Source of the DNA: an uncultured Pseudomonadota bacterium
Lineage (GTDB): Bacteria > Pseudomonadota > Gammaproteobacteria > Ga0077536
NCBI GenBank assembly: GCA_903825645.1
Contig: CAIKBL010000041.1
Location: 8,375-72,374, forward strand
Length of the DNA stretch: 64,000 bases
Reading direction: 5' to 3'
Below the pieces are notes generated by a model. The model searched no databases. It saw only the letters and a program-made list of their open reading frames with translations, and was not told the origin of the DNA. Positions 63,625-64,000 of this stretch are shown here, piece after piece. The number at the start of each line of letters is the position of its first letter. The stretch's first letter is position 1. Both the position numbers and the translations under genes were made by a program.

Positions 63625-64000
63625 GCGAAGACCAGCAGGACCACGGCACACAAACGGAGTCCGGACTAGGCGCGGCGACCCCGTCAGTGTCTGGCACGCC
63701 CGAGACGGATCTCAGTGGCACGACTGTCGTCCTTGGGGGTAAGCGTGAGAGGCTTCAGCAGAAACTAACGGGACGCTATCCCTCTCTTGGGTTGCAGCCG
63801 CCGATATTAACCAATCCGGTGACTAACGTTGATCCCAGACTCTTCGAAGCCACTCGCCGTATCGACCGGAGTCCGACGGTTCTGGCCAGCGAGACACCTC
63901 GCCGGACAGCAAGTGAAATCGCCGAAAATGCCGCAGCCCGTCCCCATGAACCGACAACCGAAGAAGAAAATACGATGACCGTACAATCGACGCCGCCGTC
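63621..64000 (+). CDS. Partial hypothetical protein running off the window end
   Basis: TTG overlapping the holC stop (TTGA) opens a stop-free frame, MSEDQQDHGTQTESGLG...PPILTNPV...TMTVQSTPP, that is not in the ORF track. Confidence 0.5.
   Translation, partial: MSEDQQDHGTQTESGLGAATPSVSGTPETDLSGTTVVLGGKRERLQQKLTGRYPSLGLQPPILTNPVTNVDPRLFEATRRIDRSPTVLASETPRRTASEIAENAAARPHEPTTEEENTMTVQSTPP

Overview
Mostly core chromosome of a non-enteric gammaproteobacterium, judged from gene order. Conserved blocks: pcnB-folK-dNK-panC, miaB-phoH-ybeY-corC-lnt, pilMNOPQ-aroKB-dgt-damX-gltBD-hemE, mrcA, priA-argS-SPOR, thiSG-trmB and lptG/pepA-holC. There are two tRNA genes, Glu(CTC) and Gly(CCC). A more accessory stretch (about 41-59 kb) carries signalling, redox and metabolic genes: REC-REC-EAL, a GST coupled to a PAS kinase, single-chain pyc, bcp, regBA and speE-speD. 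I saw no CRISPR array, rRNA, integrase or transposase. The best candidate for something undescribed is the roughly 340-nt leader of speE-speD. It has a sigma70-like promoter, G-U-rich stems and a three-way junction that buries the Shine-Dalgarno of an unannotated 56-codon upstream ORF, whose stop lies 2 nt before the probable speE start. Other oddities: a cation/H+ antiporter fused to a PhoU-like tail, lptG with no adjacent lptF, panC with no adjacent panB, and a GST/PAS-kinase/REC-REC-EAL module. All family calls come from reading motifs by eye; no searches or folding programs were run.
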